The notes: generated by a model from the letters alone, not told the origin. A DNA stretch of 64,000 bases from Oscillospiraceae bacterium (GCA_017560985.1 JAFZDX010000085.1:30857-94856); one strand, 5' to 3'; positions 44,998 through 57,186 are shown, counted from the first letter of the stretch. Numbers and translations are program-made.

Positions 44998-46959
44998 ATG
45001 GACAAGTTTGTACTGAAAAGTGACTATGTTCCAGCAGGCGACCAGCCACAGGCCATAGAAACAATATCACAGGGCATTATAGACGGACATAAAAGCCAGA
45101 TTTTACTTGGGGCAACAGGTACAGGTAAAACCTATACAATGGCACAGATTATCCAGAAGGTGAACAGACCAACGCTTGTTCTTGCCCATAACAAAACCCT
45201 TGCGGCCCAGCTGTGTACAGAATTCAAAGAGTTTTTTCCTGATAATGCGGTAGAGTATTTTGTGTCCTACTATGATTATTATCAGCCGGAAGCATATATT
45301 CCTGGCAAGGATGTTTATATAGAAAAAGACAGTGCCATAAATGAAGAAATAGACCGTCTTCGTCACAGTGCCACAGCTGCACTGTCTGAAAGACGAGATG
45401 TAATTATCGTTGCATCTGTTTCCTGCATATATTCATTGGGTGACCCTATTGACTACCGCGAAATGGTGGTTTCTTTGCGTCCAGGCAACAGAATGACAAG
45501 GGAACAACTGATGCGTGACCTTGTGCGTTTGCAGTATGAAAGAAATGATATGAACTTTGTCCGCAATAAGTTCCGCGTACGAGGAGATATTGTGGAAGTA
45601 TATCCTGCATATTCACAGGATACAGCTTTCAGAATTGAATTTTTCGGTGATGAAATCGAAAGAATAAGGGAAATTCATGTTGTCACAGGCAATGTAATTG
45701 CCACAGTTAACCACGTTGCTATTTTTCCTGCCAGCCATTATATTGTTTCGGAAGAAAAGATGAAAATTGCCTTGGAAAATATCCGCGATGAAATGGATCG
45801 GCAGGTAGAAATGTTTACCAGTCAGGGTAAACTTATAGAAGCACAGCGTATTTCACAGCGTACACAGTACGATATGGAAATGCTGATGGAAGTTGGTATG
45901 TGTAAAGGCATAGAAAACTATTCAGCAGTATTTTCCGGCAGAAAACCAGGTGAAACAGGCACAACTCTGCTGGATTATTTCCCGGATGATTTTCTTATGT
46001 TTATTGACGAAAGTCACGTTACTATTCCGCAGATAGGTGCTATGTATGGCGGTGACTATGCCAGAAAGAAAAATCTGGTTGAATACGGGTTTCGTCTGCC
46101 AAGTGCATTTGATAACAGACCTCTTAAATTTGAAGAATTTGAAGGTAAGGTAAATCAGCTTGTATTCGTATCTGCCACACCGGGTAAATATGAAAAGGAA
46201 CACGCCACACAGACAGCACAGCTGATTATCAGACCAACAGGTCTTATTGACCCTGAAATCATTGTAAAACCTGTTGAAGGCCAGATAGAAGACCTGCTGG
46301 GTGAAATTTACGAAAGAATAAATAAAGATGAGCGTGTTCTTATAACTACGCTGACAAAGAAAATGGCAGAAGATCTTACAGAGTATCTGTCAGGAAAGAA
46401 AATAAAAGTAAAATATATGCACCACGAGGTGGATACCTTTGAAAGAATGGAACTGATACGTGACCTGCGTCTTGGTACGATAGATGTACTGGTTGGTATC
46501 AACCTTCTCCGTGAAGGTCTGGACCTGCCGGAAGTAAGTCTTATTGCCATACTTGATGCAGATAAGGAAGGCTTCCTGCGCAGTGAAACCAGCCTTATAC
46601 AGACTATTGGCCGTGCAGCCAGAAATGCCAACGGGCAGGTTATTATGTATGCTGATACTGTTACAAATTCAATGGAACGTGCTATCAGCGAAACCTACCG
46701 TCGCCGTGAAATACAGATTGCTTTCAATGAAAAGCACGGTATTGTCCCACAGACGGTTAAAAAAGATATAAGGGGAATTATAGAAATTTCTTCCAGGGAA
46801 GATACCCCGAAAAAGCAGGCTAAGCGTATGTCAAAAGCAGAAAGAGAACAGCTTATTGACCGCCTGACAAAAGAAATGAAACAGGCAGCTAAAATTCTTG
46901 AATTTGAACATGCTGCATTCCTGCGCGACAGAATTGAAAAATTGCGAAATATGAAATAG
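44998..46959 (+). CDS. uvrB: excinuclease ABC subunit B
   Basis: [17 protein letters not shown], helicase motifs and a C-terminal UVR domain ([11 protein letters not shown]). The ATG at 44998 with an RBS is preferred over 44902, which overlaps radC. Confidence 0.95.
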   Translation: MDKFVLKSDYVPAGDQPQAIETISQGIIDGHKSQILLGATGTGKTYTMAQIIQKVNRPTLVLAHNKTLAAQLCTEFKEFFPDNAVEYFVSYYDYYQPEAYIPGKDVYIEKDSAINEEIDRLRHSATAALSERRDVIIVASVSCIYSLGDPIDYREMVVSLRPGNRMTREQLMRDLVRLQYERNDMNFVRNKFRVRGDIVEVYPAYSQDTAFRIEFFGDEIERIREIHVVTGNVIATVNHVAIFPASHYIVSEEKMKIALENIRDEMDRQVEMFTSQGKLIEAQRISQRTQYDMEMLMEVGMCKGIENYSAVFSGRKPGETGTTLLDYFPDDFLMFIDESHVTIPQIGAMYGGDYARKKNLVEYGFRLPSAFDNRPLKFEEFEGKVNQLVFVSATPGKYEKEHATQTAQLIIRPTGLIDPEIIVKPVEGQIEDLLGEIYERINKDERVLITTLTKKMAEDLTEYLSGKKIKVKYMHHEVDTFERMELIRDLRLGTIDVLVGINLLREGLDLPEVSLIAILDADKEGFLRSETSLIQTIGRAARNANGQVIMYADTVTNSMERAISETYRRREIQIAFNEKHGIVPQTVKKDIRGIIEISSREDTPKKQAKRMSKAEREQLIDRLTKEMKQAAKILEFEHAAFLRDRIEKLRNMK

Positions 46960-46966
46960 GAGAAAA

Positions 46967-49789
46967 ATGAGTAGCGAAAATATTGTTATTAAGGGCGCAA
47001 AAGAAAATAACCTTAAAAATATAGATGTTACAATCCCAAGGGATAAAATGGTCGTTATGACAGGTTTATCCGGCAGTGGCAAATCCAGTCTTGCTTTTGA
47101 TACCATCTATGCTGATGGTCAGCGAAGATATATGGAAAGCCTTTCATCCTATGCCAGAATGTTCCTTGGTCAGATGGAAAAACCTAATGTAGAATCAATA
47201 GAAGGGCTTTCACCGGCTATATCTATTGACCAGAAAACTACTTCAAAAAATCCACGTTCCACAGTTGGTACAGTTACAGAAATCTATGACTATCTGCGTT
47301 TGCTTTATGCAAGAATAGGTATTCCGCACTGTCCAATCTGCGGTAAAGAAATAAAACAGCAGACAGTTGACCAGATGGTTGATGCTGTTATGGCTTTGCC
47401 GGAAGGCACACGTTTTCAGGTCCTTGCACCTGTTGTTAAAGGCCAGAAAGGTACACACGTAAAAGAATTTGATGCTGCAAAACGTCAGGGGTTTGTACGT
47501 GTAAGAGTAAACGGAATTATTTACGATCTGGAAGAAGATATTGTGCTGGAAAAGAATAAAAAGCACAGTATAGAAATTGTTGTTGACAGACTTTCAATCA
47601 GGGAAGATATTGCCAGCCGTCTTGCACAGAGTATTGAAACAGCACTCAGCATTGCAAATGGTAATGTTATCATTGACGTTATAGACGGCGAAGAAATGCT
47701 TTTCTCACAGAATTTTGCTTGCCCGGACCACGGTATAAGCATTGATGAACTAGCACCAAGAATGTTCTCTTTCAATAACCCATTCGGTGCCTGTGAAAAA
47801 TGTACAGGTCTTGGGGTGTTTATGAGAGTTGACCCGGATCTGATTCTTCCAAACAAAAATCTTTCAATCGACCAGGGCGCTATCAAAGCCAGCGGTTGGT
47901 ATTATGCAGAAGGCTCTGTTTCACATATGTATTACAGGGGACTTGCTGAAAGATACGGTTTCTCTCTTTCCACACCTATTAAAGACCTGTCTAAAGAAGC
48001 TATAAATGCATTACTCTATGGTACAAAAGGTGAAAAACTGGACCTTTACCGTGAAACAGACAGAGGTATGAGTAAATACCAGACAGAATTTGAAGGTATT
48101 ATCCCGAATATGGAACGCCGTTTCAGAGAAACCAGCTCCAACTGGGTGAAAGATGAAATTGCCGGTTTTATGAATGGAATTGAATGTCCGGAATGTCACG
48201 GTGACAGACTGAAACCTATTGTTCTGGCTGTTACAGTTGGCGGCATCAATATCAGTCAGTTTACAAAAATGAGTGTAAGGGATGCCCTTACATTCCTTGA
48301 AAATATCAATCTTACTGAAAGGGAACTGCTGATTGCCCACAGTATTCTCAAGGAAGTAAAAGAAAGACTGAATTTCCTTAAAAGTGTAGGTCTTGAATAT
48401 CTTACACTTGCCAGAAGTGCGGCATCCCTTTCCGGTGGTGAAAGCCAGCGTATAAGACTTGCAACACAGATTGGTTCATCACTTATGGGTGTTCTGTATG
48501 TATTGGATGAACCAAGTATTGGTCTTCATCAGAGAGATAACGAAAAACTGATTGCCACACTTAAGCATCTGCGTGACCTGGGCAATACCCTTATCGTGGT
48601 TGAACACGATGAAGACACTATCCGTGCTGCGGACCATATTGTTGACATTGGTCCCGGGGCGGGTATTCACGGTGGTGAAATAGTGGCCCAGGGTACATTG
48701 GAAGATATTGAAAAATGTGAAGAAAGCCTTACCGGCCAGTATCTCAGCGGCAGAAAATATATTCCTTTGCCAGAAAAGCTGAGAGAGGGCAATGGTAATT
48801 ATATAAAGGTTATCGGTGCACAGCAGAATAACCTAAAAAATATTGATGTGGAATTTCCTCTTGGTAAATTTATCTGTGTTACAGGTGTATCCGGCAGTGG
48901 TAAATCCAGTCTGGTAAATGAAATACTTTACAAAAAGACTGCCGCAGTTCTCAATGGTTCAAAGGCTAAACCAGGCAAACACAGTGATATTCTTGGTCTT
49001 GAAAATATTGATAAGGTTATCTGCATTGACCAGAATGCCATTGGCCGTACACCACGTTCAAACCCAGCCACTTATACAGGTGTATTTACAGATATACGCA
49101 ATCTTTTTGCACAGACAAATGATGCAAAAATGCGCGGCTATAATGCAGGCAGATTCTCTTTCAACGTAAAGGGTGGCAGATGTGAAGCCTGTGAAGGTGA
49201 TGGTATTCTTCAGATAGAAATGCACTTTCTACCAGATATATATGTGCCTTGTGATGTATGTAAAGGCAAACGTTATAACCGTGAAACACTGGAAGTAAAA
49301 TACAAAGGTAAAAATATTGCTGATGTACTTGAAATGACAGTTGAACAGGCAATGGCTTTCTTTGAAAATCATCCAAAGATTTACAGAAAGATAAAAACAT
49401 TGTATGATGTAGGTCTTGGATATATCAAATTGGGTCAGAGTGCAACAACACTTTCAGGTGGTGAAGCACAGCGTGTGAAACTGGCATTGGAACTTTCAAA
49501 AATCCAGACAGGTAAAACATTGTATATCCTGGATGAACCTACAACAGGTCTGCACACAGCCGATGTACATCGACTGATAAATGTGCTGCAGAAACTTGCT
49601 GATGCAGGCAATACAATAGTCGTTATTGAACATAATCTAGACCTTATCAAAGTATGTGACCATATTATTGATATCGGCCCTGAAGGTGGCGACGAAGGCG
49701 GTACAGTAGTTGCAACGGGTACACCACAGCAAATAAGCGAAAACCCTGCATCCTATACAGGGCATTTCCTTAAAAAATTCTTTGAATAG
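46967..49789 (+). CDS. uvrA: excinuclease ABC subunit A
   Basis: Two ABC modules ([18 protein letters not shown]; LSGGE signatures) and zinc-finger Cys clusters; 940 aa. Confidence 0.95.
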   Translation: MSSENIVIKGAKENNLKNIDVTIPRDKMVVMTGLSGSGKSSLAFDTIYADGQRRYMESLSSYARMFLGQMEKPNVESIEGLSPAISIDQKTTSKNPRSTVGTVTEIYDYLRLLYARIGIPHCPICGKEIKQQTVDQMVDAVMALPEGTRFQVLAPVVKGQKGTHVKEFDAAKRQGFVRVRVNGIIYDLEEDIVLEKNKKHSIEIVVDRLSIREDIASRLAQSIETALSIANGNVIIDVIDGEEMLFSQNFACPDHGISIDELAPRMFSFNNPFGACEKCTGLGVFMRVDPDLILPNKNLSIDQGAIKASGWYYAEGSVSHMYYRGLAERYGFSLSTPIKDLSKEAINALLYGTKGEKLDLYRETDRGMSKYQTEFEGIIPNMERRFRETSSNWVKDEIAGFMNGIECPECHGDRLKPIVLAVTVGGINISQFTKMSVRDALTFLENINLTERELLIAHSILKEVKERLNFLKSVGLEYLTLARSAASLSGGESQRIRLATQIGSSLMGVLYVLDEPSIGLHQRDNEKLIATLKHLRDLGNTLIVVEHDEDTIRAADHIVDIGPGAGIHGGEIVAQGTLEDIEKCEESLTGQYLSGRKYIPLPEKLREGNGNYIKVIGAQQNNLKNIDVEFPLGKFICVTGVSGSGKSSLVNEILYKKTAAVLNGSKAKPGKHSDILGLENIDKVICIDQNAIGRTPRSNPATYTGVFTDIRNLFAQTNDAKMRGYNAGRFSFNVKGGRCEACEGDGILQIEMHFLPDIYVPCDVCKGKRYNRETLEVKYKGKNIADVLEMTVEQAMAFFENHPKIYRKIKTLYDVGLGYIKLGQSATTLSGGEAQRVKLALELSKIQTGKTLYILDEPTTGLHTADVHRLINVLQKLADAGNTIVVIEHNLDLIKVCDHIIDIGPEGGDEGGTVVATGTPQQISENPASYTGHFLKKFFE

Positions 49790-49799
49790 GAGGCAGATT

Positions 49800-51167
49800 T
49801 TGGATTATATTCAGGAAGTTAAAAATATTCTGTCAGTAAAATTTGAAAATCAGCCTTGTGCAAATGTTGTAACTTTTGGATGTGCTCAGAACGAAAATGA
49901 CTCTGAAAAAATCAGAGGTCTGCTGGCACAGCTGGGATATTCCATGACAGACAGCCTTGAAAATAGTGATATTGTAATTTACAATACCTGTGCAATCAGG
50001 GAAAATGCTGAACTTAAAATATTTGGCAACATAGGCAAACTTAAAGCACTTAAAGCTGCGAAACCAGATATGCTGATAGCTGTATGCGGCTGTATGGTAA
50101 TGCAACAGCACATCGTTGACAAAATCAAAAAAAGCTATCCTTTTGTAGATATTGTTTTCGGTGTAAACAATCTGGAAATTCTGCCTCTGCTGATGTATAA
50201 AAAATATACAGAAGGAAAGAAACAGATTTTGCCGCCACAGGAAAAGACAGATATAATTGAAAATGCGCCTATTTTAAGAACAGGTAGGTCAAAAGCATCA
50301 ATTTCAATTATGTTTGGATGCGACAATTTCTGTTCATACTGCATTGTTCCATATGTAAGAGGCAGGGAACGCAGCAGAAAACCTATGGATATTTATAACG
50401 AATTCAAATCCTTGATTGAATCAGGTTATAAAGACATCACTTTGCTGGGGCAGAATGTAAACTCTTATGGCAAAAATCTTGAAGAAAAGATAGATTTTGC
50501 TGATTTATTACAGCTTTTATGCACTGTACCAGGTGAATATGTGATTCATTTTATGTCCAGTCATCCAAAGGATATAAGTAAAAAACTGATTGATGTTATA
50601 CGTGATAACCATCAGATTTCACGCCGGATTCATCTGCCGGTACAGGCCGGTAATGACCGCGTGCTGAAAGAGATGAACAGACGCTACACAATCAGTCAGT
50701 ATATGGATATTATCAACTATGCAAAACAGCAGATTGAAGATGTATCTTTCTCCACAGATATAATTGTGGGCTTTCCAGGTGAAACATTTGAAGAATATCT
50801 GGATACAGAAAAACTGGTAAAAGATGTGCGTTTCACGCAGATTTTTAATTATATATATTCAAAGAGAACAGGCACAAAAGCTGCAGAAATGGAAGACAAT
50901 ATAAGTCATAAAGAAAAGTCACAATGGCTTAACAGACTGATAAAAATTCAGCAGGAAATAGTGTTTGAACATCTTAACAGCTACAACGGCAAACAAGTAC
51001 GTGCTTTGGTAGAAGAAAGACACCGGGACGGCAGCTATACAGCCAGAATGGCAAATAATTTTGTGGTAAAATTCACAGATGACAGTGAATGTCTTGAAAA
51101 GTTTGTTACACTTGAAATAACAGGTAAAAAAGGCACCAGCTTAACAGCAAAGCTTTTAAATAAATAA
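49800..51167 (+). CDS. miaB: tRNA (i6A37) methylthiotransferase MiaB
   Basis: N-terminal UPF0004 Cys triad region, radical-SAM CDNFCSYC, C-terminal TRAM domain. TTG at 49800 lies 6 nt after aggagg. Synteny with ymcA-mutS matches B. subtilis. Confidence 0.82.
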   Translation: MDYIQEVKNILSVKFENQPCANVVTFGCAQNENDSEKIRGLLAQLGYSMTDSLENSDIVIYNTCAIRENAELKIFGNIGKLKALKAAKPDMLIAVCGCMVMQQHIVDKIKKSYPFVDIVFGVNNLEILPLLMYKKYTEGKKQILPPQEKTDIIENAPILRTGRSKASISIMFGCDNFCSYCIVPYVRGRERSRKPMDIYNEFKSLIESGYKDITLLGQNVNSYGKNLEEKIDFADLLQLLCTVPGEYVIHFMSSHPKDISKKLIDVIRDNHQISRRIHLPVQAGNDRVLKEMNRRYTISQYMDIINYAKQQIEDVSFSTDIIVGFPGETFEEYLDTEKLVKDVRFTQIFNYIYSKRTGTKAAEMEDNISHKEKSQWLNRLIKIQQEIVFEHLNSYNGKQVRALVEERHRDGSYTARMANNFVVKFTDDSECLEKFVTLEITGKKGTSLTAKLLNK

Positions 51168-51188
51168 TTTATTACAGGAGATATAAAA

Positions 51189-51614
51189 ATGGAAAATTTT
51201 GATATTGTTTATGAATTCAGACTTCTTGCAAAAAAACTGCAGCAGGATGACAGAATTGTTTATCTTGAACAGGTGAAAAAGAAAATGGATATGGATCAGG
51301 AACTTCAGGATCTTATCAGAAAATTCAACCTTATGCAGTATGAATACAGAGTTGAAATGGTAAAAGAAGAAGGCGTAAGAGATGACGCTAAACTGGAACA
51401 GATCAATAAAGATATGATCGCTGTTTATTCCGACGTTATGGCAAACGAATTTATGATGGAATACAACGAATGCAAAAATGACGTTGACCAGCTTACACAG
51501 CTTATCCAGACAATTATTACAGCAGCAATCAATGGCGGTGATCCTATGATTGCACAGGTACCAGAAGGCGGTTGTTCCGGCTCTTGCTCCAGCTGTTCAG
51601 GTTGTGGTATTTAA
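51189..51614 (+). CDS. ricA: YmcA/YlbF (Ric) family protein with a Cys-rich C-terminal tail
   Basis: 141 aa, helical YlbF/YmcA-like. Its position between miaB and mutS equals that of B. subtilis ymcA. The tail is GGCSGSCSSCSGCGI. Confidence 0.6.
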   Translation: MENFDIVYEFRLLAKKLQQDDRIVYLEQVKKKMDMDQELQDLIRKFNLMQYEYRVEMVKEEGVRDDAKLEQINKDMIAVYSDVMANEFMMEYNECKNDVDQLTQLIQTIITAAINGGDPMIAQVPEGGCSGSCSSCSGCGI

Positions 51615-51657
51615 TTGATTTTATTTAAGTTATTTGATTTGACAGGACGGTAATATT

Positions 51658-54252
51658 TTGGCTACATTATCCCCGATGATGCAACAGTATCTTTCCATCA
51701 AAGAGGCCCATAAAGATCATATTCTGTTTTTCAGACTGGGTGATTTTTATGAAATGTTCTTTGATGATGCTTTGCTTGCATCAAAAGAATTAGAACTGAC
51801 ACTGACAGGCCGCGATTGCGGTCTGCCTGAACGTGCACCAATGTGCGGTATACCTTTCCATTCCAGCGAAGCATATATTCAGCGTTTGCTGGAAAAAGGG
51901 TATAAAGTTGCTATATGTGAGCAGACAGAACTGCCTCAAAAAGGCAAAACCCTGGTAAACAGAGATGTTATCAGGGTTGTTACCCCTGGCACAATTATGG
52001 AAAATAGTATGCTGGCAGAAGATAAAAACAATTACATTGCCAGCATTTACATAGAAAATAACCAGGCAAGTGTCTGTTTTTGTGATATTTCCACAGGTTC
52101 AATGCAGTCTACTGTAATCGGCAGTGATAATTTTGAAAATAACCTTAAATCAGAAATTTTCAAATATATGCCAAAAGAAATTATAATCAACAGCCGGCTT
52201 CTTAAATTGAAATGGCTGACTGATTATATAAAAAATATTGTACACTGTTCTGTGGAACTGATTGATGATGCACAGTATAATGATTTTGTTGTTGATGAAA
52301 CTGTAAAATCACAGTTCAAAGGTAAAATTTTCAGTACAGAAATGTCCAGATGTCTGTGGCAGCTGCTGAATTATCTATCCCAGACACAGAAAGTCGGTGT
52401 GGAAAAGCTGGATGATGTGGACAGCTATTCACAGGATAATTATATGAAGCTGTCCTATACAACCACATCCAATCTGGAACTTTTTGAAACTATACGTTCC
52501 AAAGAAAAACGAGGCAGTCTTCTGTGGGTACTGGACAATACAAAAACCAGTTTCGGCAAACGTATGCTGCGTAAAGTGATTTCAGCACCTTTAATGGATA
52601 AAAAAGAAATTGACCGCAGACTTGATGCAGTGGAATATTTCAACAATAATCCAATGGTACGTATGGATGCACAGACACATCTGAAAAATATTCAGGATAT
52701 GGAGAGATTGTGCACACGTGCAGGTTTTGGTAACGCAGGTCCAAGAGATGTTTTCTCTATGTCACAATCCATCAAGGCACTGAAACCACTGAAAGATGTT
52801 CTAAATAAATCAGACAATAATCTTATTTGTGCACTGAACAATGATATCGATCCTCTGGAAAAACTGGGGGCATTGCTTGATGCTGCAATTATTGAAAATC
52901 CACCGGCTACAATAAAAGACGGCGGAATTATCAAAGACGGCTTTGACAGTGAAGTTGACCATAACCGTCATCTTGTAAATGACAGTATGGAAATTCTTGC
53001 AGAAATTGAAAATCGCCTGCGCCAGGAAACAAATATTCCTAAACTTAAAGTAGGTTACAACAGAGTATTCGGTTATTATATCGAAGTAACCCGTTCATAT
53101 CTTGAAATGGTACCGGATAATTTTATCAGAAAACAGACTCTGGCCGGCGCAGAAAGATATGTAACTGAAGAACTGAAAAATCTGGAAGCAGAAATTCTCA
53201 ATGCAAATGAAAAATTGTTGGCAAGAGAAAAATTCCTTTATGGTAATCTGCTTAAAGCTATAAGTGATGAAACAGATAAAATTCTGCGCACAACAAAAGC
53301 TATGGCTTTTATTGATATACTGGCAGGTTTTTCACAGCTTTCACAGAAAAATAACTATGTTAAACCTGTTATCTCCGACGGAGATAGATTATATATAAAA
53401 GATGGCAGACATCCTGTGGTTGAAGCAATGCTGAAAGATGAAATATTTATTCCTAACGATGCATTGCTGGACTGTGATGCAAACAGGGTAAATATTATCA
53501 CAGGCCCTAATATGGCTGGTAAATCCACATTTATGCGTCAGGTTGCAATCATAGTAGTTATGGCACAGATAGGCTGTTTCGTACCTGCAAAAGTGGCAGA
53601 AATTCCGGTTTGTGATGCTATTTTCACCCGTGTTGGTGCATCTGATGACCTTTCAAGCGGTCGCAGTACCTTTATGGTGGAAATGAGCGAAGTAAGCGAG
53701 ATTCTTAAAAATGCAACAGAAAAAAGCTTGGTTATTCTGGATGAAATAGGCCGTGGCACATCCACATTTGATGGAATGAGTATTGCAAAGGCTGTTGTAG
53801 AATATATCCACAGCAAACAGAACAATCTGGGCTGTAAAACACTTTTTGCCACACATTATCACGAACTTACTGAAATGGAAAGTCAGATTCACGGTATTGT
53901 AAACTACAATATTGCTGTAAAAAAACGTGGTGATGATATTACTTTCCTGCGCAAAATTGTCCGTGGCGGCGCTGATGACAGCTATGGTATACAGGTTGCA
54001 AAACTGGCAGGTGTACCGGATGCAGTTATTGAAAGAGCTAAAACCATTCTGGACGAACTGGTATCAAATGCGGAAAGGGAAAAAATGGCTGTAAGACAGC
54101 TTTCCTTTGACGATGGATTCTTTGCACAGCCACAGCAGCCAGTGCAGTCAGCCCCAAGCCGGTTGGTACAGGAACTTGAAAAAGTTGATGTAAATGTGCT
54201 TACACCTATCGAAGCACTTAATATACTGAATAAATTGAAATCTATGATATAA
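51658..54252 (+). CDS. mutS: DNA mismatch repair protein MutS
   Basis: TPMMQQY-like N-terminus (SPMMQQYLSIK), Walker A GPNMAGKST, DEIGRGTST; TTG start. Confidence 0.95.
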   Translation: MATLSPMMQQYLSIKEAHKDHILFFRLGDFYEMFFDDALLASKELELTLTGRDCGLPERAPMCGIPFHSSEAYIQRLLEKGYKVAICEQTELPQKGKTLVNRDVIRVVTPGTIMENSMLAEDKNNYIASIYIENNQASVCFCDISTGSMQSTVIGSDNFENNLKSEIFKYMPKEIIINSRLLKLKWLTDYIKNIVHCSVELIDDAQYNDFVVDETVKSQFKGKIFSTEMSRCLWQLLNYLSQTQKVGVEKLDDVDSYSQDNYMKLSYTTTSNLELFETIRSKEKRGSLLWVLDNTKTSFGKRMLRKVISAPLMDKKEIDRRLDAVEYFNNNPMVRMDAQTHLKNIQDMERLCTRAGFGNAGPRDVFSMSQSIKALKPLKDVLNKSDNNLICALNNDIDPLEKLGALLDAAIIENPPATIKDGGIIKDGFDSEVDHNRHLVNDSMEILAEIENRLRQETNIPKLKVGYNRVFGYYIEVTRSYLEMVPDNFIRKQTLAGAERYVTEELKNLEAEILNANEKLLAREKFLYGNLLKAISDETDKILRTTKAMAFIDILAGFSQLSQKNNYVKPVISDGDRLYIKDGRHPVVEAMLKDEIFIPNDALLDCDANRVNIITGPNMAGKSTFMRQVAIIVVMAQIGCFVPAKVAEIPVCDAIFTRVGASDDLSSGRSTFMVEMSEVSEILKNATEKSLVILDEIGRGTSTFDGMSIAKAVVEYIHSKQNNLGCKTLFATHYHELTEMESQIHGIVNYNIAVKKRGDDITFLRKIVRGGADDSYGIQVAKLAGVPDAVIERAKTILDELVSNAEREKMAVRQLSFDDGFFAQPQQPVQSAPSRLVQELEKVDVNVLTPIEALNILNKLKSMI

Positions 54253-54266
54253 AGGCAGGGTAGAAG

Positions 54267-56258
54267 ATGGCAGTTATCAATGTACTTGATAAACAGACCG
54301 CTGAGCTTATTGCTGCAGGAGAGGTTGTTGAACGACCATCTTCTGTTGTAAAAGAGCTTGTAGAAAACTCTATAGATGCCGGCGCAAAAAATATCCTTGT
54401 TGATATTGAACGCGGTGGTGTAAAAAAAATACTGGTTCAGGATGATGGCAGTGGTATAGACAGTGAATATGTAAAAACTGCATTTATCCGTCACGCTACC
54501 AGTAAAATCAGTAATAAAGAAGACCTGGACAATATTGCCAGTCTGGGTTTCCGTGGTGAAGCACTGGCTTCCATAGCCTCTGTTTCACACCTTACACTTA
54601 TAACAAAAACAGAAATGCAGGACTTTGCCATTGAAATACAGCTTTCAGGCGGGGTTGAAACTTCATTTGAAGTAAAACCATTTGTTACAGGTTCACGCTT
54701 TATAATACGCGACCTGTTTTACAATACTCCTGCACGAATGAAGTTTTTAAAAAAAGATGCAACAGAAGCAGGATATATTCAAGATATTCTCACAAATCTT
54801 GCACTTTCTAAACCGGATATTTCATTTACTTATCTAAAGGACGGAAAAGAAATTTTTCATACAATAGGTGATGGCAATCTTCTTAATACCATTGCATCAC
54901 TGTTTTCAACAGAGTTTGCAAACAGTCTTACAGAAGTTGATTACAGTGATGAGAAATACAGTATTACAGGTTATGTAACACAGCCACATTCTTCACGTCA
55001 GTCACGTAATATGCAGTTCTCGTTTATAAATTCCAGATTTGTAAAAAATAAGACTGTTATTGCTGCTGCTGAAAATGCTTATAAGGGCAGTGTAATGGTT
55101 GGCAAATTCCCAGGCTATGTATTGAATATTCATATGCCATATGATGCTGTTGATGTAAATGTTCACCCGGCAAAGACAGAAGTAAGATTTGCAAATGAGG
55201 GTGAAATGTTTTCAACGGTATATCGTGCTGTAAAAATGGCTATCAGCACTGATATTTCATTAAAACAGTTCTCCTTCAAACAAAAAACTGCTTTTGATGT
55301 GGAAGAGAATAATGTAAAGCAACAATCCTTTACAGATATTAAAGCTGTTAAACCGGAAAAATCAGAAGAAAATACTGTGTACGAAAGTTTTTCATTGCCA
55401 ATTTTGACTGAAAACCAGGATAAAGCTGATAAATACGTGGAAAAATATATAATTCCACAGATTCAAAATAATATAAAATGTGATGATGAAGACTATTTTG
55501 AAAGTACCAGCTATATCCCGTATACACAATCTTCTAACAATAATAGTGTTATTAATCATATAATTGTTGAGAAAAACAATGTTTCGTTGTCTTCAAAGGA
55601 AGGTTTTGATGTTGTTATACCAGTTTCAAAGCAGGATATAGTAGAACAGCAAACAGATATTCAGGTACAGGATATTGAATTTGTTTCCGCCAATGAAGAA
55701 CATATTGTAGTTTTGGGTGAAGTATTTGCCACATACATTCTTTGTCAGGTTGGCGATGAAATGGTTGTTATTGACAAACACGCTGCACACGAAAGAATTC
55801 TTTATGAAAAACTCAAACGCAATATAAAAACAGGAAAACAGATGTTGCTTATACCGGCAACAGTAAAACTTTCAGCAGATGAAAAATTTGCTGTAATGGA
55901 TAACCTGTCACTTTTGGAAGACCAAGGCTTTGAAATAGATGAATTTGGTGAAAACGGAGTTATAGTCCGTGGCATCCCTATGTATATAACCAGCGAAGAC
56001 CCTGCACGGCTTGTCAGTGAAATCGCATTCAATCTTGCCAATGGCAATAAAGCTGAAATCAGTGAAAAACTGGATTGGATTTTTCATTCTGTTGCATGCC
56101 GCAGTGCAATCAAGGCAGGGGATAAAGCTGAAATAAATCAGCTTACACAGTTGGTTAAAGATATTCGCAGTGAGAAAATTCCACTTTACTGCCCACATGG
56201 CAGACCTGTTATTATATCAATCTCAAAGAAGGAGCTGGAAAAACAGTTTGGCAGATAA
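54267..56258 (+). CDS. mutL: DNA mismatch repair protein MutL
   Basis: IAAGEVVERPSSVVKELVENSIDA GHKL ATPase motif, GFRGEAL, C-terminal dimerisation/endonuclease region. Confidence 0.95.
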   Translation: MAVINVLDKQTAELIAAGEVVERPSSVVKELVENSIDAGAKNILVDIERGGVKKILVQDDGSGIDSEYVKTAFIRHATSKISNKEDLDNIASLGFRGEALASIASVSHLTLITKTEMQDFAIEIQLSGGVETSFEVKPFVTGSRFIIRDLFYNTPARMKFLKKDATEAGYIQDILTNLALSKPDISFTYLKDGKEIFHTIGDGNLLNTIASLFSTEFANSLTEVDYSDEKYSITGYVTQPHSSRQSRNMQFSFINSRFVKNKTVIAAAENAYKGSVMVGKFPGYVLNIHMPYDAVDVNVHPAKTEVRFANEGEMFSTVYRAVKMAISTDISLKQFSFKQKTAFDVEENNVKQQSFTDIKAVKPEKSEENTVYESFSLPILTENQDKADKYVEKYIIPQIQNNIKCDDEDYFESTSYIPYTQSSNNNSVINHIIVEKNNVSLSSKEGFDVVIPVSKQDIVEQQTDIQVQDIEFVSANEEHIVVLGEVFATYILCQVGDEMVVIDKHAAHERILYEKLKRNIKTGKQMLLIPATVKLSADEKFAVMDNLSLLEDQGFEIDEFGENGVIVRGIPMYITSEDPARLVSEIAFNLANGNKAEISEKLDWIFHSVACRSAIKAGDKAEINQLTQLVKDIRSEKIPLYCPHGRPVIISISKKELEKQFGR

Positions 56259-57183
56259 AAAGAAAATAATAGTAATCTGTGGACCTACAGCCAGTGGTAA
56301 AACAGGACTGTCACTTTTGCTGGCACAGCAGTATAATGGAGAAATTATATCTGCTGACTCTATGCAGGTCTACAAGGAACTTGATATTGGCACCGCAAAG
56401 GCAACAAAAGAAGAACAGGCTGTTGCACCGCATCATCTTGTGGATATTTTGGACCCACAGCAGCCATATAACGTGCAGCAGTTTGTAGAAATGGCACGGA
56501 AAGCTATCGATGACATAACTTCCAGAGGTAAACTGCCTATTATTGTAGGTGGTACAGGTTTATATATTGAAAGTCTTATAAATGGCATTAAATTTTCAGA
56601 CCAGCCTGACAATAATGCAATAAAAGAACAATTACAACAGGAACTGACAGAATACGGCAAAGAACATATGTATAATATTTTACAGGAAATAGATCCTGAA
56701 TATGCTGCAACCGTCCATAAGAACAATACTGTCAGGGTACTGCGTGCCATAGAGATTTACAGGCTTACAGGCCACAATATGACCTGGCAGCTTAAACATT
56801 CCAAACCTTTGTAAAAACCTTATGATGCACTTCTCCTTGGTCTTAATTTTGAAGACAGAGCAAAACTTTATGATAATATAAACTTGCGTGTTGATATTAT
56901 GATGGCTCAGGGTGTTTTAAAAGAAGCTGAATATGTTTTTGAAAATAAAGAAAGTTTCAAAACTTGTATAAGTGCCATAGGATACAAGGAATTTTTCCCT
57001 TATTTTGAAAAAGAAAAATCACTGGAAGAATGCGTGGACAAGTTGAAGCAGGCTTCCAGAAACTATGCTAAACGCCAGCTGACCTGGTTTAACAGGATGA
57101 AAGAAATCAACTGGCTGTTTATCGATAAAGAAGACTATAAAACAAAGGCCAGAATTATTACAGAAAGATTTTTAGGTAATTGA
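56248..57183 (+). pseudogene. miaA: tRNA dimethylallyltransferase interrupted by one in-frame TAA (56812-56814)
   Basis: ICGPTASGKT P-loop and GGTGLY in the first part. Across the stop the sequence reads ...LKHSKPL*KPYDALLLGLNFEDRAKLYDNINLRVDIMM..., so MiaA homology continues in the same frame. The two listed ORFs (56170.. and 56884..) share a frame. Confidence 0.8.
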
Positions 57184-57186
57184 TTT

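Noticed and set aside
56884-57183. Treating the 99-aa ORF as an independent gene downstream of a short miaA
   Set aside because: It is in the same frame as the upstream ORF. MiaA homology also covers the 69 nt between the TAA and the TTG (KPYDALLLGLNFEDRAKLYDNIN), so this is one interrupted gene.
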